A stretch of DNA of 60,554 nt, the filler included, from Squatina squatina (lineage: Eukaryota): the NCBI GenBank assembly GCA_031763465.1. It is 4 parts of 4 records of this genome, joined end to end, with 100 filler letters (N's around TTAATTAATTAA, not from the genome) between each part and the next. Parts side by side here need not be neighbours in the genome. Positions count along the whole stretch, not along the records: positions 30,579 to 47,189 come from JARFOE010000222.1; 3 more parts are not named here. One strand, written 5' to 3'. The notes under the pieces were generated by a model. That model searched no databases. It saw nothing but the letters and a program-made list of their open reading frames with translations, and was not told the DNA's origin. Below, in pieces: positions 34,860 to 47,245 of the stretch. Position 1 is the first letter of the stretch; the number at the start of each line of letters is the position of its first letter. The translations under genes were made by a program, and so were the position numbers.

Positions 34860-35041
34860 GTATGGTTATCAAAGGGACCGAACTTGTGGCTGGGATGGGG
34901 AGATGATCAGGGAGGCATGACGTTTAGAATGACAGATTAATNNNNNNNNNNNNNNNNNNNNNNNNNNNNNNNNNNNNNNNNNNNNNNNNNNNNNNNNNNN
35001 NNNNNNNNNNNNNNNNNNNNNNNNNNNNNNNNNNNNNNNNN

Positions 35042-35345
35042 GGACGTCCTAAAGTGCTTTACAGCCAAATAAGCACTTTTGGAGTATAATCACTGTTGTG
35101 ATGTAGAAAACTCGGCATTCAAATTGGGCACCACAAGCTCCCACAAACAGCAATATGATAATGACCAGATAATTTTTTTTTTAAAAGTGATGTTGGTTGG
35201 GGGATAAATATTGGCCTGTCGTTCTTTTAATAGTTCCATGGGATCTTTTACATCCTTCGAGAAAGCAGACAGGACCTCAGTTTTTTATCTGAAAGACGGC
35301 ACATCTGTACTGCACTGGGATTTTGTGGAGTGTGACTCTAACCCA
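35042..35345 (-). mobile_element. Deu-domain SINE fragment
   Basis: AAAGTGCTTTACAGCCAA...AGCTCCCACAAACAGCAAT...CCATGGGATCTTTTACATCC, the reverse complement of the 43006 copy. Confidence 0.7.
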
Positions 35346-35525
35346 CGACCTACTCAGGCACAGCTGACATCAAAATGTTTAAAAATACAGGTGACATTAG
35401 ATAAGCAAATAAAATACAAAGAAACCGTTTCTTTGTTAGAAAAATCGTAAAAATAATAATTTAAAAAACTAACACAATACTCTGAATACATTAACTTGGT
35501 TTAATTATTTGCCGGAATACCATAC

Positions 35526-35669
35526 CTGAAAGACTGCACACAGAGTCTGACGGGTGTGCTTGTTTTGGATGACAGAGAAGAGGGTGGCCAAAGGCTTAAT
35601 GAAGCCTGAAGGGTTTGAGCAGTGCTGGAGAAGGTTCTGTATGGTTTGCAGGATGTCAATCTCTGTGTC
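35526..35669 (-). CDS. UTP20: UTP20 small subunit processome component, internal exon
   Basis: Manual translation DTEIDILQTIQNLLQHCSNPSGFIKPLATLFSVIQNKHTRQTLCAVFQ. 144 bp, CAG/GTATGG boundaries. Confidence 0.82.
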
Positions 35670-36062
35670 CTGAGGGAATTACAGACAATAATGAGACTCA
35701 GCAACTTATATATATTTCCTTTATAAAAAAGGTTTTCAACAATATAAAAGCTTGCATTTATATANNNNNNNNNNNNNNNNNNNNNNNNNNNNNNNNNNNN
35801 NNNNNNNNNNNNNNNNNNNNNNNNNNNNNNNNNNNNNNNNNNNNNNNNNNNNNNNNNNNNNNNNATGCCCATAACCCGTGAATGAATTTTTAAAAAGGGA
35901 AGAGCGAAAGGGAAGGTTCTGGATGGTTGAGCTAAGAGATGGGCTGGCTGGCCTCTCTCATCTGCGCCTGTTTTGTGAAGTAATTTCGGCACAGTTCTTG
36001 CAGTCTCTCAGGGCGGTTTCCCTATGTTCACCTTGTTGTTTTTCCCTCCCTTCCCCCCATAG

Positions 36063-36147
36063 GGTTTGACTGGAGTTTGCATTTTAAATGGGAGCAGATG
36101 CCCATTGAACAGAAGATGGTGAGGTCGGACCCGACTGAATCAATACG
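36063..36147 (+). CDS. GALNT16: Polypeptide N-acetylgalactosaminyltransferase exon (GALNT16/14 subfamily)
   Basis: [39 protein letters not shown] boundaries. Confidence 0.7.
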
Positions 36148-36258
36148 GTAAGCACTGGGTGAGAGGGCGGGAACGAACGTCCTTCACTTCTGATTTCAGT
36201 CGGCCAAATGGATGTCATGGTGTTTAATCAGTTGGGTTATATTTGGCTGGCATGCAGT

Positions 36259-36425
36259 ATGGGTGATTTTAACTGTGGGCGATGGTGTGAAATGGGCGAC
36301 ATAGAATTAGCCGTCCGTTATACACCATGCCCGAATTTGGCACAGAATCGGGTGGTTTTTAGGATGAGCAGCCGATCGGTCACGCCAGTTTCAAGCCCTT
36401 GTGGCAAGTTGTGAATCAACCCCAG
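36259..36425. mobile_element. Short palindromic MITE-like element
   Basis: Ends TGGGTGATTTTAACT and AGTTGTGAATCAACCCCA are imperfect inverted repeats, with internal fold-back. Confidence 0.5.
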
Positions 36426-37844
36426 TATTCCCTAACATCGGTTTTGTGTCAGGATGTAACCACATTGGATAGAATACCATACCTTGGCATATACGCAGCT
36501 GTATGATAACCGCATGTACCGACAATGCTGGTCGCAGAGAGGACACATAATTATTTCTGTTGCTTGGCAGATTTCTTTACTGGAACAAGAAAGCAGAGAC
36601 ATGAAATCACGTCGCAGGCATTAAGTTAAAATATCAGGGACCAGGGTCGTAGGAACTGAGATATGAAGGACCTGGGATGAGAGACTTCAGCTACGCGAGA
36701 AACTGTTCTCCTTGGAGCAGAGAAGGTTAAGAGGAGATTTAATAGAGTTGTTCAAAATTATGAGGGGTTTTGATCTTGATCTTNNNNNNNNNNNNNNNNN
36801 NNNNNNNNNNNNNNNNNNNNNNNNNNNNNNNNNNNNNNNNNNNNNNNNNNNNNNNNNNNNNNNNNNNNNNNNNNNNNNNNNNNTATAATTTGATCTCAAG
36901 ATAATGGAAACGGGGGTCAAGAAACGGTTCGGGCATCTTCTAGCCTGTGACAGCAGGGAACAGGAGCGCACTCATTCAGTTCATGCTGATTAGGTTTTCA
37001 GGCAATGCTCAGGCACACCAACCTGCTCATGAACTTGTACCGCCGATGCAGGTAATAGATTTTTCTCCTGGAAGAACAGCAAAAATGAAGCCAGTCGAGA
37101 AGAAAACCCAGCGTCAGTTACAGTATGAACTAGCAAGGAAGGAAAGGGAGATTGAAGATAAAGCCTGCAAGAGGTAGAAAAAAAAGACTAAAAGGAGAGA
37201 TTAACAGATCAAACACACAGAAAACAATTTAAAAAATGACATAACCTAACAAGAAACCGTCATACAATTCGCTTCAAAACATTAATTCTCCTTTTCCATT
37301 CACTTCACTAATTCTATGTTTAAAATGATCAGAGCGAAGAGGGGGGTTTGGAGACATTTCTTTCTGGAATATTTGCCCACAGGTTGAGATGGAGAACAGT
37401 GCATCTTTTAAAGGGATCAGAGGAAGGTACTGGGCTCTGGGGAAGAGTGGGTCAGTAGGATTAGCTTTGCATTGCTCCAACGTTGAGCAGGCACAGACAT
37501 GATGGGCTGAATGGCCTCCTTCTATGCTGTAAACTTGTTTCTTTTGTGTCCCCTCTAGTTACTTTGAGANNNNNNNNNNNNNNNNNNNNNNNNNNNNNNN
37601 NNNNNNNNNNNNNNNNNNNNNNNNNNNNNNNNNNNNNNNNNNNNNNNNNNNNNNNNNNNNNNNNNNNNNTGGATAACCTCACATTTATCCACATTATACT
37701 GCATCTGCTATGTACCTGCCCACTCAACTAACCTATCCAAGTCACCGTGCAACCTCCTAACATCCTCCTCGCAGCTAACACTGCCACCCTATTCTCAGCC
37801 TGACCTCTGCCATATGCCCCCTATTTCTGCTCCATCTTACTCTG

Positions 37845-38400
37845 TGGGGAAGAAATTCAACTGGGTTTTCACCCTGTCAGCGCCTCTGGGGGGCGCTAAC
37901 GGGATGAAAAAACGCAAAATGGCGCCGGGAGGCAGCCATCTCACCTCCCAGGGAATTCACTTGGGGTGCAAAGGCCTTTATGCCTGGCCCGGCGAATTCC
38001 GCGGCGGGTCGACGTGTGACATCATAAAGACGCACAGCGACCTGCACCGCGAAGCCACGACCGCCTTTACGGCCCGTTTGCATCCCGCAGGCGGAATTCA
38101 CCCGCGGGACGCAGCCGCAGCAACAGTGAAACCTGTCGCTGCAACGGGCCTTTTAAAGGGCAGGGCCTGTGCGCTGGCAGCTGCCATCTTTATTTGTTGG
38201 CCGACTGCTGGCAGCTCACGACCCGATCGGGCCACCATCCCCTCGCCTGGCACACCGACTGGCGTGGCAAGCTGTGTCCCGATCGTCTGCATCCCTGGCG
38301 GCCCAGTGGTGGGCTGTGCGCCGCCATCAGGATGGCTGGCAGCCCTCCCATTTAAGGCTCCTAACATCAGCGCGTCATGGAGATTACGCAGTGCACTGAT
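37845..38400. repeat. CpG-rich non-autonomous element
   Basis: GGGGGCGCTAACGGG near its start is shared, inverted, with the element ending at about 47750. The ORFs here are not splice-bounded. Confidence 0.5.
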
Positions 38401-38526
38401 GTACTCTGTAGTTCTTGCAGCTCTCTATAATTTCCCTGCAAATTTGTTCCTCTATATCCTTCCCGCTAGTTGGTGGCCTGTTGAATACACCTTGTCATGT
38501 AATGGCACCTCTATTGCTCCTTATCT

Positions 38527-39115
38527 CTAACCAATAGACTCTGTCCTTGACTCCTCCAGGATATCCTCTCTCTCCAGCACTTTAATATTCTCCTTAATCA
38601 TTACTGCCATCCCACCTCCTTTCTTTCCTTCCCTATCTTTCCTGAACAGCTTATATCCAGGAATATTTAGCACCCAATCCTGCACTACTACCCCTGCTCT
38701 TTCCCCATAATCCTGCAAAGTTTTCCTTTTCAAGTATTTATCCAATTCCCTTTTGAAAGTTACGATTGAATCTGCTTCCACCGCCCTTTCAGGCAGCGCG
38801 TTCCAGATCACAACAACTCGCTGTGTAAAAAAAAAGGTTTCCTCATCACTCCGCTAGATTTTGTGCCAATTATTTTAAATCTGTGTCCTCTGGTTACTGA
38901 GCCTTCTGCCAGTGAAAACGGTTTGTCTCCAGCTACTCTATTAAAACCCCTTATAATGTTGAACACCTCCAGTAAATCTTCCCATAACTTTTTCTCCTCT
39001 AAGAACAACCCCAGCTTCTTAAGTCTCTCTCCACATAACTGAAGTCCCTCATCTCTGGTACTGTTCTTGTAAATCTCCTCTGCACCCTCTCTAAAGCCTG
39101 GACATTCTTCCAAAA
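38527..39115 (-). mobile_element. CR1 LINE fragments (endonuclease piece joined to a 3' end)
   Basis: WVLNIPGYKLFRKDREGKKGGG (APE domain) and IWNALPERAVEADSIVTFKRELDKYL (ORF2 C-terminus). Confidence 0.85.
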
Positions 39116-39199
39116 GTATGACTTTCGGAATGGGACACAGCACTGCAGCTGAGGAACTGAAGGAAATTATCATTCCGAAACAGACGGTAAGTTTGGTTA

Positions 39200-39505
<306 letters not shown>

Positions 39506-39614
39506 TTATTGGAGGTGATTGATAGAAATTTCACTCCAGAACCGAACCTGCAATAACAACAACGATTCGCATTTATATAGCACTTTTAACGTAGTAAAAC
39601 GTCCCAAGGTGAGA

Positions 39615-39807
39615 TGGCTTCTCAAGGGACGGCAGCAGCAGCCAAGTTCGTGGCACCGCTGCACAGGAGGGGAGGAAAAAGTGTGGAAGGGCTATAGTGA
39701 TAGGGGATTCAGTTGTAAGGGGAACACTTAGGCGTTTCTGCGGCCGCAAACGAGACTCCAGGATGGTATGTTGCCTCCCTGGTGCAAGGGTCAAGAATGT
39801 CTCCGAG
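39615..39807 (+). mobile_element. CR1 ORF1 (SGNH esterase-like) fragment
   Basis: IGDSVVRGT...FCGRKRDSRMVCCLPGARVKNVSE. Confidence 0.8.
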
Positions 39808-41059
39808 NNNNNNNNNNNNNNNNNNNNNNNNNNNNNNNNNNNNNNNNNNNNNNNNNNNNNNNNNNNNNNNNNNNNNNNNNNNNNNNNNNNNNNNNNNNNN
39901 NNNNNNNCGCTGCACTGTCGGAGGGGCAGTACTGAGGAGGTGCCGCACTGTCAGAGGTGCCATCTTTCGGCTGAGGCGTTAAACCGAGGCCCCGATTCCA
40001 CGGACACTATTGGAAGAGGAGCAGGGGATTTCTCCCAGGTGTCCTGGGCCCAATATTTATCCCTCAACCAACATCACTAAAGAGCTCGCCCCTTGGTTCC
40101 AGTCCCCTGCCCTTTTAATTAGATTTAAAAACATACCTCCACAAGACCTTGAAGTATCCTTACAAACAAAACGCAGCCAAAGTGGGCTCTCGCTGCTGAT
40201 GGGATGAGCATGTTCAGTGTTGAGGTCAAAAATATAGCTGCACCAAAAACTCTGGGATAAAAAGCGGAAAGAAATTCAAAAAGTAACATTATAGCGTGTC
40301 ATTGACTTTGTTGATTAGACAGTGAGATTCATTAACAACCCCTTATCATCTTGTTTTTCCATTGTTTTTTCCACTTCATTACTTGGCCTGCTGATTGAAC
40401 GGTTGAAGGCTGATGACATTAGCAGAGGCATTAATTCAGACTGAGGGAGCTGATTTACCTTCTCACATTATCGTTTCATGTTAATCCAGCTTCCTCAGGC
40501 TCAGCTTCTGTAATTCTGCCCAAACTGGTGCACCAATGGTGCCAGAATGCTCAAATACTCAACCTATCCCCGATATTTACTGGAGCTGGGATAGTGAACG
40601 GGGAAGAGGAGATCTGTCGCCCTGTACACTGTTTTAACACCACAGCCTGCGTCTTTGCTTCCCAGCAGATTCCCTGCCTTTGAAGTGCCGTAATTGTCTC
40701 CCTGTCCAGGGAGTCCCCAGGCCAGGGGCAGGTCGGGAGCCTGCAGCTGGGTTAGTGATATCATGGCGGGGAGGAGGATGCAGATCTTNNNNNNNNNNNN
40801 NNNNNNNNNNNNNNNNNNNNNNNNNNNNNNNNNNNNNNNNNNNNNNNNNNNNNNNNNNNNNNNNNNNNNNNNNNNNNNNNNNNNNNNNTAGCAGCCTCTT
40901 GTACCGTTGGACTCTCATTCAACTGCTGTGATTGCACGGTGACCTACTTCTGTGCGCAGGGTAGTTCAAACAAAATGCTGTGGATTTGAGATCTATTTTT
41001 TTGTTGATTGTGTCCAAGGAGAATTGCAATTCCTGTTCTGTTCTTGGTTTGTTATTCAG

Positions 41060-41177
41060 TACCAGGAAGATATTCAGGAATTAAATGAAGTGGCCAGGCA
41101 CCGACCCCGCTCCACCCTCGTGATGGGAATCCAGCAGGAGAACCGGCAGATCAGAGACCTGCAGCAGGAAAATAAAG
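41060..41177 (+). CDS. FGFR1OP2: FGFR1 oncogene partner 2 internal exon
   Basis: YQEDIQELNEVARHRPRSTLVMGIQQENRQIRDLQQENK. CAG/GT boundaries, 118 bp. Confidence 0.92.
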
Positions 41178-42199
41178 GTTTCTCCTTTTCCTTACTCATT
41201 AAGACCTCTGTACGGTGTCTGCACATGGTGAACTAGTGGCTGGTTATTCCAGTCCCGACACGGTCAAAATCTGATATTGGGAATTTTTGGTATAGCTCAT
41301 GCTTATCAAAAGTGAGGGATTTCATGCTGGGAAAATTTGATTTTTTTCCTCGTCTTCAGTATTACATCAAGCCCCTATGGACCAAGTAAGGGACNNNNNN
41401 NNNNCCCTCTACAGTAATCTAGCAAGCTGGAGCTTCGAGAGGCATTTCCAACTGCACTAGTACAACTGTACTATTTCTTTCACCATTCCTCCTTAACCAA
41501 AGGTTTCATCTTGTAAGTTTTCCCTCTGGTTAGTCAGATCTCTCGGGATTAAATAGGCAGTGTCCATGAGAGCAATTTCACAGTCTGTGGAAAGAATAGA
41601 GTCTCTGAGCTCCTATCACGTCATTCCTGCTATTTTATGGCATGAGTGGGATTGTCCAATTGATACCAATTCATTCTCAAATGATGATCTGTTTCTTAGT
41701 GTGTGGCAGATCAGAAGAGACAACCTGATAAACCCTCTTTGCAAGAGAATGAAAGAAACAAAATAACTTTATTCCCTTTGTCTAGGCTGGAATTAAACCC
41801 AGATTCCCAGCAAGTGGACACTGAAATAAGGCTTGCTTATTTCTGGAAGTTTGAAAATGCCCAGCTGCCAAAGAAATTTGTGTAGACGTTTAGCAGGGAC
41901 TGAGAGTCATTACAGCACTTCTTTACCTAGTTAAGAGTGCATAAAACTGCCCATGTGTACCTTTTGAGTGTCCTTGTCACTAACTTCTGTGGAAGGCTGT
42001 CCTCTCAAAAGATACAAGGGAGCATTTGTGTACCGTATAATTTTGTGCTGCACACTCTCCATTCTCCCTTCTACTCGTTTATTCGGCTGGAGCCTGGTTA
42101 CTGTAACTATCATATTCTGCTTTTTAATCTTCAACAGTTTGTTTGAAAAGATTATTTTTTAAGTGGATGATTTTCCATCGGCAGGTAGAAGGATTGCAT

Positions 42200-42480
42200 G
42201 GTGTAGTCCTGAGCATTAGGGACCAGGAGGGTCCCAGCTGCAAACTGTTGCAGGTCTGTGCAGTGTTAGCTAATCTCAGCCAGAGTAGTAGTAGTGACGT
42301 CACAATTGTCTTCACTGCCCCTGAGCCAAGCAGAGGAAAGTCAGCCAGGTTTCCCATCCTGGGTCACTGGATAGTACTCCCTTCTGGAAGGTGCAGATAT
42401 GTGGGTGAAGGAAGGCTCGGGCTTGGCTGTGATGGTCCCTGTAGTAAACTAGCCTGCTGACACTTGCTGCCACAGGTCTG
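42200..42480 (+). mobile_element. Old tRNA-derived SINE (AmnSINE2-like)
   Basis: CCAGGAGGGTCCCAG...GGTCTGTGCAGTGTTAGCTAATCTCAGCC...ACAATTGTCTTCACTGCCCCTG...GGGCTTGGCTGTGATG...TAGCCTGCTGACACT. Family name is from recall. Confidence 0.6.
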
Positions 42481-43005
42481 GTATGTTGGCTGATCTCTGT
42501 TGGGGTAGTGGTAGAGGTGATTCAGTTTGCCTCTACCGAGTGCTTGAGGGGAAAGCAAGCAGTGCTTCCTGCTCCCAATCACAATCCAATAACTCCTGGT
42601 GAAAATCGTNNNNNNNNNNNNNNNNNNNNNNNNNNNNNNNNNNNNNNNNNNNNNNNNNNNNNNNNNNNNNNNNNNNNNNNNNNNNNNNNNNNNNNNNNNN
42701 NNNNNNNNNCTTCCCTGTTACTAAAGCTGACTCCATGGAGCCATTTCTACTTTCATGCCAAACACTTCTTTTCCCCCTGAGCAACTCTTAACTCTCTGTA
42801 AAGCCCTGATCCATCCAAGATTTGCCTTCTGCTCCCGTGTCTTGTAGCACCTCTCCTCACATGCCCTTGGACAGGGTACAAAAAGGCTTGTCCTCCAATG
42901 ACCTCCAGCCTCTCTCTCTCCAATATAATGTGTCTTGTCTTTTTCTATTTTATCAATACTGAGTGCTGCTCTAAAGTCCGGGACAAGCCCATCCTTCTCC
43001 CTATA

Positions 43006-43450
43006 TGGCTCAGTGGGTAGCACCATTGCCCACGTGAGAAGGTTGTGGGTTCAAGTCCCACTCCAGAGATTTGAGCACAAAAATCTAGGCTGATACTCTC
43101 AGTACAGTACTGAGGGAGTGCTGCACTGTCAGAGGTGTCTTTTGGATGAGACGTTAAACTGAGACCCCGTCTGCGCTCTCAGGTGGACATAAAAGGTCCC
43201 ATGGCAATATTTCGAAGAAGAGCAGGGGAGTTCTCCCCGATGTCCTGGCCAATATTTATCCCTCAATCAACATCAGCAAAACAGATTATCTGGCCATTAA
43301 CACATTGCTGTCTGTGGGAGCTTGCTGTGCGCAAATTGGCTGCTGCGTTTCCGGCATTACAACAGTGACTACACTTCATAAATACTCATTGACTAAAGCA
43401 CTTTGGGATGTCCCGAGGTTATGAAAGGCTCTATAGAAATGTAAGTTTTT
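43006..43450 (+). mobile_element. Near full-length tRNA-headed Deu-domain SINE (SacSINE1-like)
   Basis: A box TGGCTCAGTGGG, B box GGTTCAAGTCC, core TTTGGATGAGACGTTAAACTGAG...TGTCCTGGCCAATATT, and an L2-like tail. Multiple copies occur in the window. Confidence 0.85.
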
Positions 43451-44002
43451 CTTTTTTTACAAGACAAGGCCATCCGTGTAATCTCAGTGCTGGAGTTATG
43501 GTGGGAGTTTTTTGCAAGAGCTGTGGATTTTCAATCCTACTATTTTTTCCCAATACGAAGCGGGTTGTGTCGAGAGACAGCGTTTTGTGCTTGTGTAACA
43601 GGAGAGTGGCCAGTTACAGGTCGATCACCGGTGGTAGTTGTGGTGAGACTTGTTTGAAGATGAGTTAAAGATTGTCGATTAGCAAACCTCGGGCAGAATT
43701 AAAGCACCTTGGATTAAGTCGAATACATGTACTGGGACACTCCTGGTGGCGGCACTGAGCCATGGGTATTTATAGGAGGTGACATGATTGTTGTGGTGTC
43801 TGGAAGAGAACCTTCGGAGAGGAGAGGAAAATGGGAGGCCGGGAGAGGGAGTCAAATGGAACGCGATTAAAGGTGACGGTTGCTGGAGCTTTCAGCCGTG
43901 TCTGGGTTTCCTCTCGGCCTGTAAACAGCGTGACAATGCGGAACGTCCGTATTAATAGCGATCGCATTTATTAGCGTGTTAATTGTGTTCTGTTTGCACT
44001 AG

Positions 44003-44152
<150 letters not shown>

Positions 44153-44679
44153 TAAGCTTCTTGGAGGTGGTGTTGCAAAACAAGTCGCTTGAGATGCAAT
44201 TGTAAGTGNNNNNNNNNNNNNNNNNNNNNNNNNNNNNNNNNNNNNNNNNNNNNNNNNNNNNNNNNNNNNNNNNNNNNNNNNNNNNNNNNNNNNNNNNNNN
44301 NNNNNNNNCTGGGACCTGCGATCGTTAGGGGATTTACTTGTTAAATTAATCACATGTTTGTGTTCCTGAGGAAGAACAAAGTACCCCTTTACTATAAAAC
44401 AACTTCCCCACCTAAGAGTTACTTGTGTATGCATTTTCTCCTTTCTAGCACTATAGAAATGAATTTGGTAAAAGAGTTGAGTTCAGTTTTAGAGACTTCA
44501 GCTGGCAGTGGACTGGGCCACCGGTCGGACTCTTTATTCACAAACAGATCTGGGCAGTTTATATTTGCTGTACACTCTGAAATTCATCTTTGCTACGCCA
44601 AGATGCAATAATCTTTACAGACGACAGAATACTTTGAAAACCAATCATTAGGTAAGGAAATACTTTGCATAAATGATGC

Positions 44680-44912
44680 ATTGTGGTCGGAAGAATGAGG
44701 AGAGGCAGTTTAAACAAAATGGTGCAATCTTAAAGGGGATCCAGGAACAGAGAGACCTGGGGGTCTATGAGCACAAATCATTGAAGGGGGCAGGGCAGGT
44801 TGAGAAAGTGGTTAAAAAGCTTATGGGATCCTGGACTTCATAAATAGAGGCATAGAGTACAAAAGCGAGGAAGTTATGATGAGCCTTTGTAAATCACTGG
44901 TCTGGCCCTAAC
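44680..44912 (+). mobile_element. CR1 ORF2 fragment
   Basis: EQRDLGVYEHKSLKGAGQVEKVVKKAYGILDFINRGIEYKSEEVM-type sequence. Confidence 0.8.
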
Positions 44913-45012
44913 NNNNNNNNNNNNNNNNNNNNNNNNNNNNNNNNNNNNNNNNNNNNNNNNNNNNNNNNNNNNNNNNNNNNNNNNNNNNNNNNNNNNNNNN
45001 NNNNNNNNNNNN

Positions 45013-45500
45013 CCCACATTGCCTCATTTGATGATCCTTCTAAAATACCATCCCTCCTCACAGCTGTAATTGTTTCTTTAACTAATATTGCGATGCCCTC
45101 CTTTTTTATCTCCCCCTCTATCTTGTCTGAAAACCCTGTAACCAGGAATGTTGATCTGCCCTTCCTTCAGCCATGTCTCAGTGATGGCTATAATCTCATA
45201 CTCCCACATGTCTATCTGTGCCCCCAGCTCATCTGTCTTATTCCCTACACTCCTTGCACTGAAGTATACACCATTTAGCACTGCCAAATTTCCTTGTTAC
45301 CTATTTTGTAGCCTTTGTTTCCTCTGCCTTCCAAACTCGCTTGCTAATTTTCTGCCTTCCATTTCCAGCTTTTCTTCTCTCCCTTCTGAATCTGCTGTAA
45401 GGATCCCATCCCCCTGCCAAGCTAGTTTAAACTCTCCCTATCAGCACTATCAAACTCCCCCGTGAGGATATTGGTGCCAGCCCTGTTGAGGTGTAACCCA
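45013..45500 (-). mobile_element. CR1 ORF1/ORF2 junction and endonuclease N-terminus
   Basis: VYFSARSVGNKTDELGAQIDMWEYEIIAITETWLKEG...IPGYRVFRQDR. Confidence 0.85.
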
Positions 45501-46269
45501 TGGTGACTCATCCCATCTCCCTATGTAGGCCTCCGCTGGGATGAGTAACTCCCCATGAGGAGAACTGTAGCAATGGACTTAGCACTAAAATGTCTGCTCC
45601 CAGGCTGTCTCGAATCAAAATGAAGCAATAAGGGCCAACTAAGAGACATTAACTATACTTGTATATTTGTATGAATTTGACTGTTGAACAATAATATCTC
45701 TCTAATCTAGTGGTGCACATCAAACTGGTACAAAGCTTCCATTCAATTTGTGCAGTTGGAAAAAATTCAGGACTGCAGATACCGCGGCAATTGAAAGACC
45801 CATCCAGTATGAACTTAAAGGGTAACACAAGTGAAATATCGAACAAGCCACCGGATATGTGTCTGCTGCAGTGTACATTGTTTAATGTACTACACCACTT
45901 CTCAATGCAGCAGGTTCAACCAGGGCACAGTGCTATTCGTACAGATTACTTATGGAAGATTCAAAGCCCAACATAAAATGAAACCCTTTATGACTAGCTT
46001 AATGCTGTGTTTGTAGATGGAAGATTTTGGACCTCATCTTTGTAAGTTACATCGTATAATTATACTACCAATTCGCTTCAGAAATACAGGTTACCTTGGA
46101 GGGGATGAACACTTGTTTGGCCTCTCACCCCTCCTCCCTGCTTTCCTTCCCTTTCAGCTTCCTCCCGCTCCCCAATGTAAGCCGTCTGCCTTGTGAGCAG
46201 GTACCAAGCCACCATCAGTGCAACACTTTGGCAGTCACCGGGTGCTGTGAAACAACTGCCCAGTTATCA

Positions 46270-46680
46270 GGAAAGACTGAACAGGCTGGGACTCTGTAGA
46301 ACAGAGATGGCTGAGGGGTGACGTAATCAAGGCCATTAAAATTATGAAGGGTTTTGATCGGGTGGATGTCGAGATGTTTCCACTGGGGCCATAACTATAA
46401 GATAGTCACTAATAAATCCAGTCGGGAATTCAGGAGAAACTTTTTTTTAGCCCAGAGGCTGGTGAGAATGTGGAACTCACTTCTACAGGGAGTGGTTGAA
46501 GCAAATGTTATAAATGCATTTAAGGGGAAGCTAGATAAGCACATGAAGGAGAAAGGAATAGAAGGATGATGCTGAAGGGGTTAGATGAAGTAAGCAGGGA
46601 AGGAGACTCGTGTGGAGCACAAACACCGGCTTGGACCAGTTGGGCCGGATGGCCTGTTTCTGCACTGTACGTTCTGTGTA
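46270..46680 (+). mobile_element. CR1 LINE 3' fragment
   Basis: EFRRNFFL.QRLVRMWNSL.QGVVEANVINAFKGKLDKHM plus the 3' tail. Confidence 0.8.
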
Positions 46681-46817
46681 ACCGTGTCAGAGAGTCCAGC
46701 TGCTCGGGTATTAGCAGGCACGCTGCAGGTATCTCGTGAGGTACAGGGTGTTGAGTGATGGGGTCTAACCTGGCTACGCTGTGTTTTTAACCTTTCCCCA
46801 CACGCATCTACTTTCAG

Positions 46818-46878
46818 ATAAACTGGTTGGAGTTCACTGCACTCATGGAGTTAACCGAACGGGCTATCTAATTTGCAG
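46818..46878 (+). CDS. DUSP11: Dual specificity phosphatase 11 (RNA 5'-phosphatase) catalytic exon
   Basis: (D)KLVGVHCTHGVNRTGYLIC(R), an HCxxGxxR motif of the DUSP11/RNGTT type. TTTCAG/GTAAGT boundaries. Confidence 0.82.
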
Positions 46879-47233
46879 GTAAGTTGTCGAGGATTTTTGT
46901 CGTGGTGATTTAATAACCGTGTAAACGAGTGAAGTGGTTGAGCAGCTCCGTCTTACGCCCCTTTGGTTTGAGTGGGATTTGCCAGGAGGAAGCTGCTGCC
47001 TTTTTCAGGGTCAAGTGAGTTGTTCATTGGGTGCAACAGTGCGAGGCATTTCCCCCCTTTCAATCACTGAGCTGGTTACTACCACTGTCTGTCGTCATGC
47101 TCAACACTCATCCGTTTCTTTCCCTCCTCTCCTCCACTTTCCCTGCTGCTTAAAAACTGTTACATCTCTAACTTTTTCCAGTTCTGACCNNNNNNNNNNN
47201 NNNNNNNNNNNNNNNNNNNNNNNNNNNNNNNNN

Positions 47234-47245
47234 TTAATTAATTAA
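47234..47245. other. Artificial scaffold linker TTAATTAATTAA
   Basis: Same 12-mer within an N-run as at 15787. Confidence 0.95.

Noticed and set aside
37814-38530. 238-aa ORF
   Set aside because: It lies in a GC-rich repeat where stop codons are scarce, with no domain motif or splice context.
43006-43065. tRNA gene
   Set aside because: The A and B boxes belong to a SINE head that continues into the SINE body, with no full cloverleaf.
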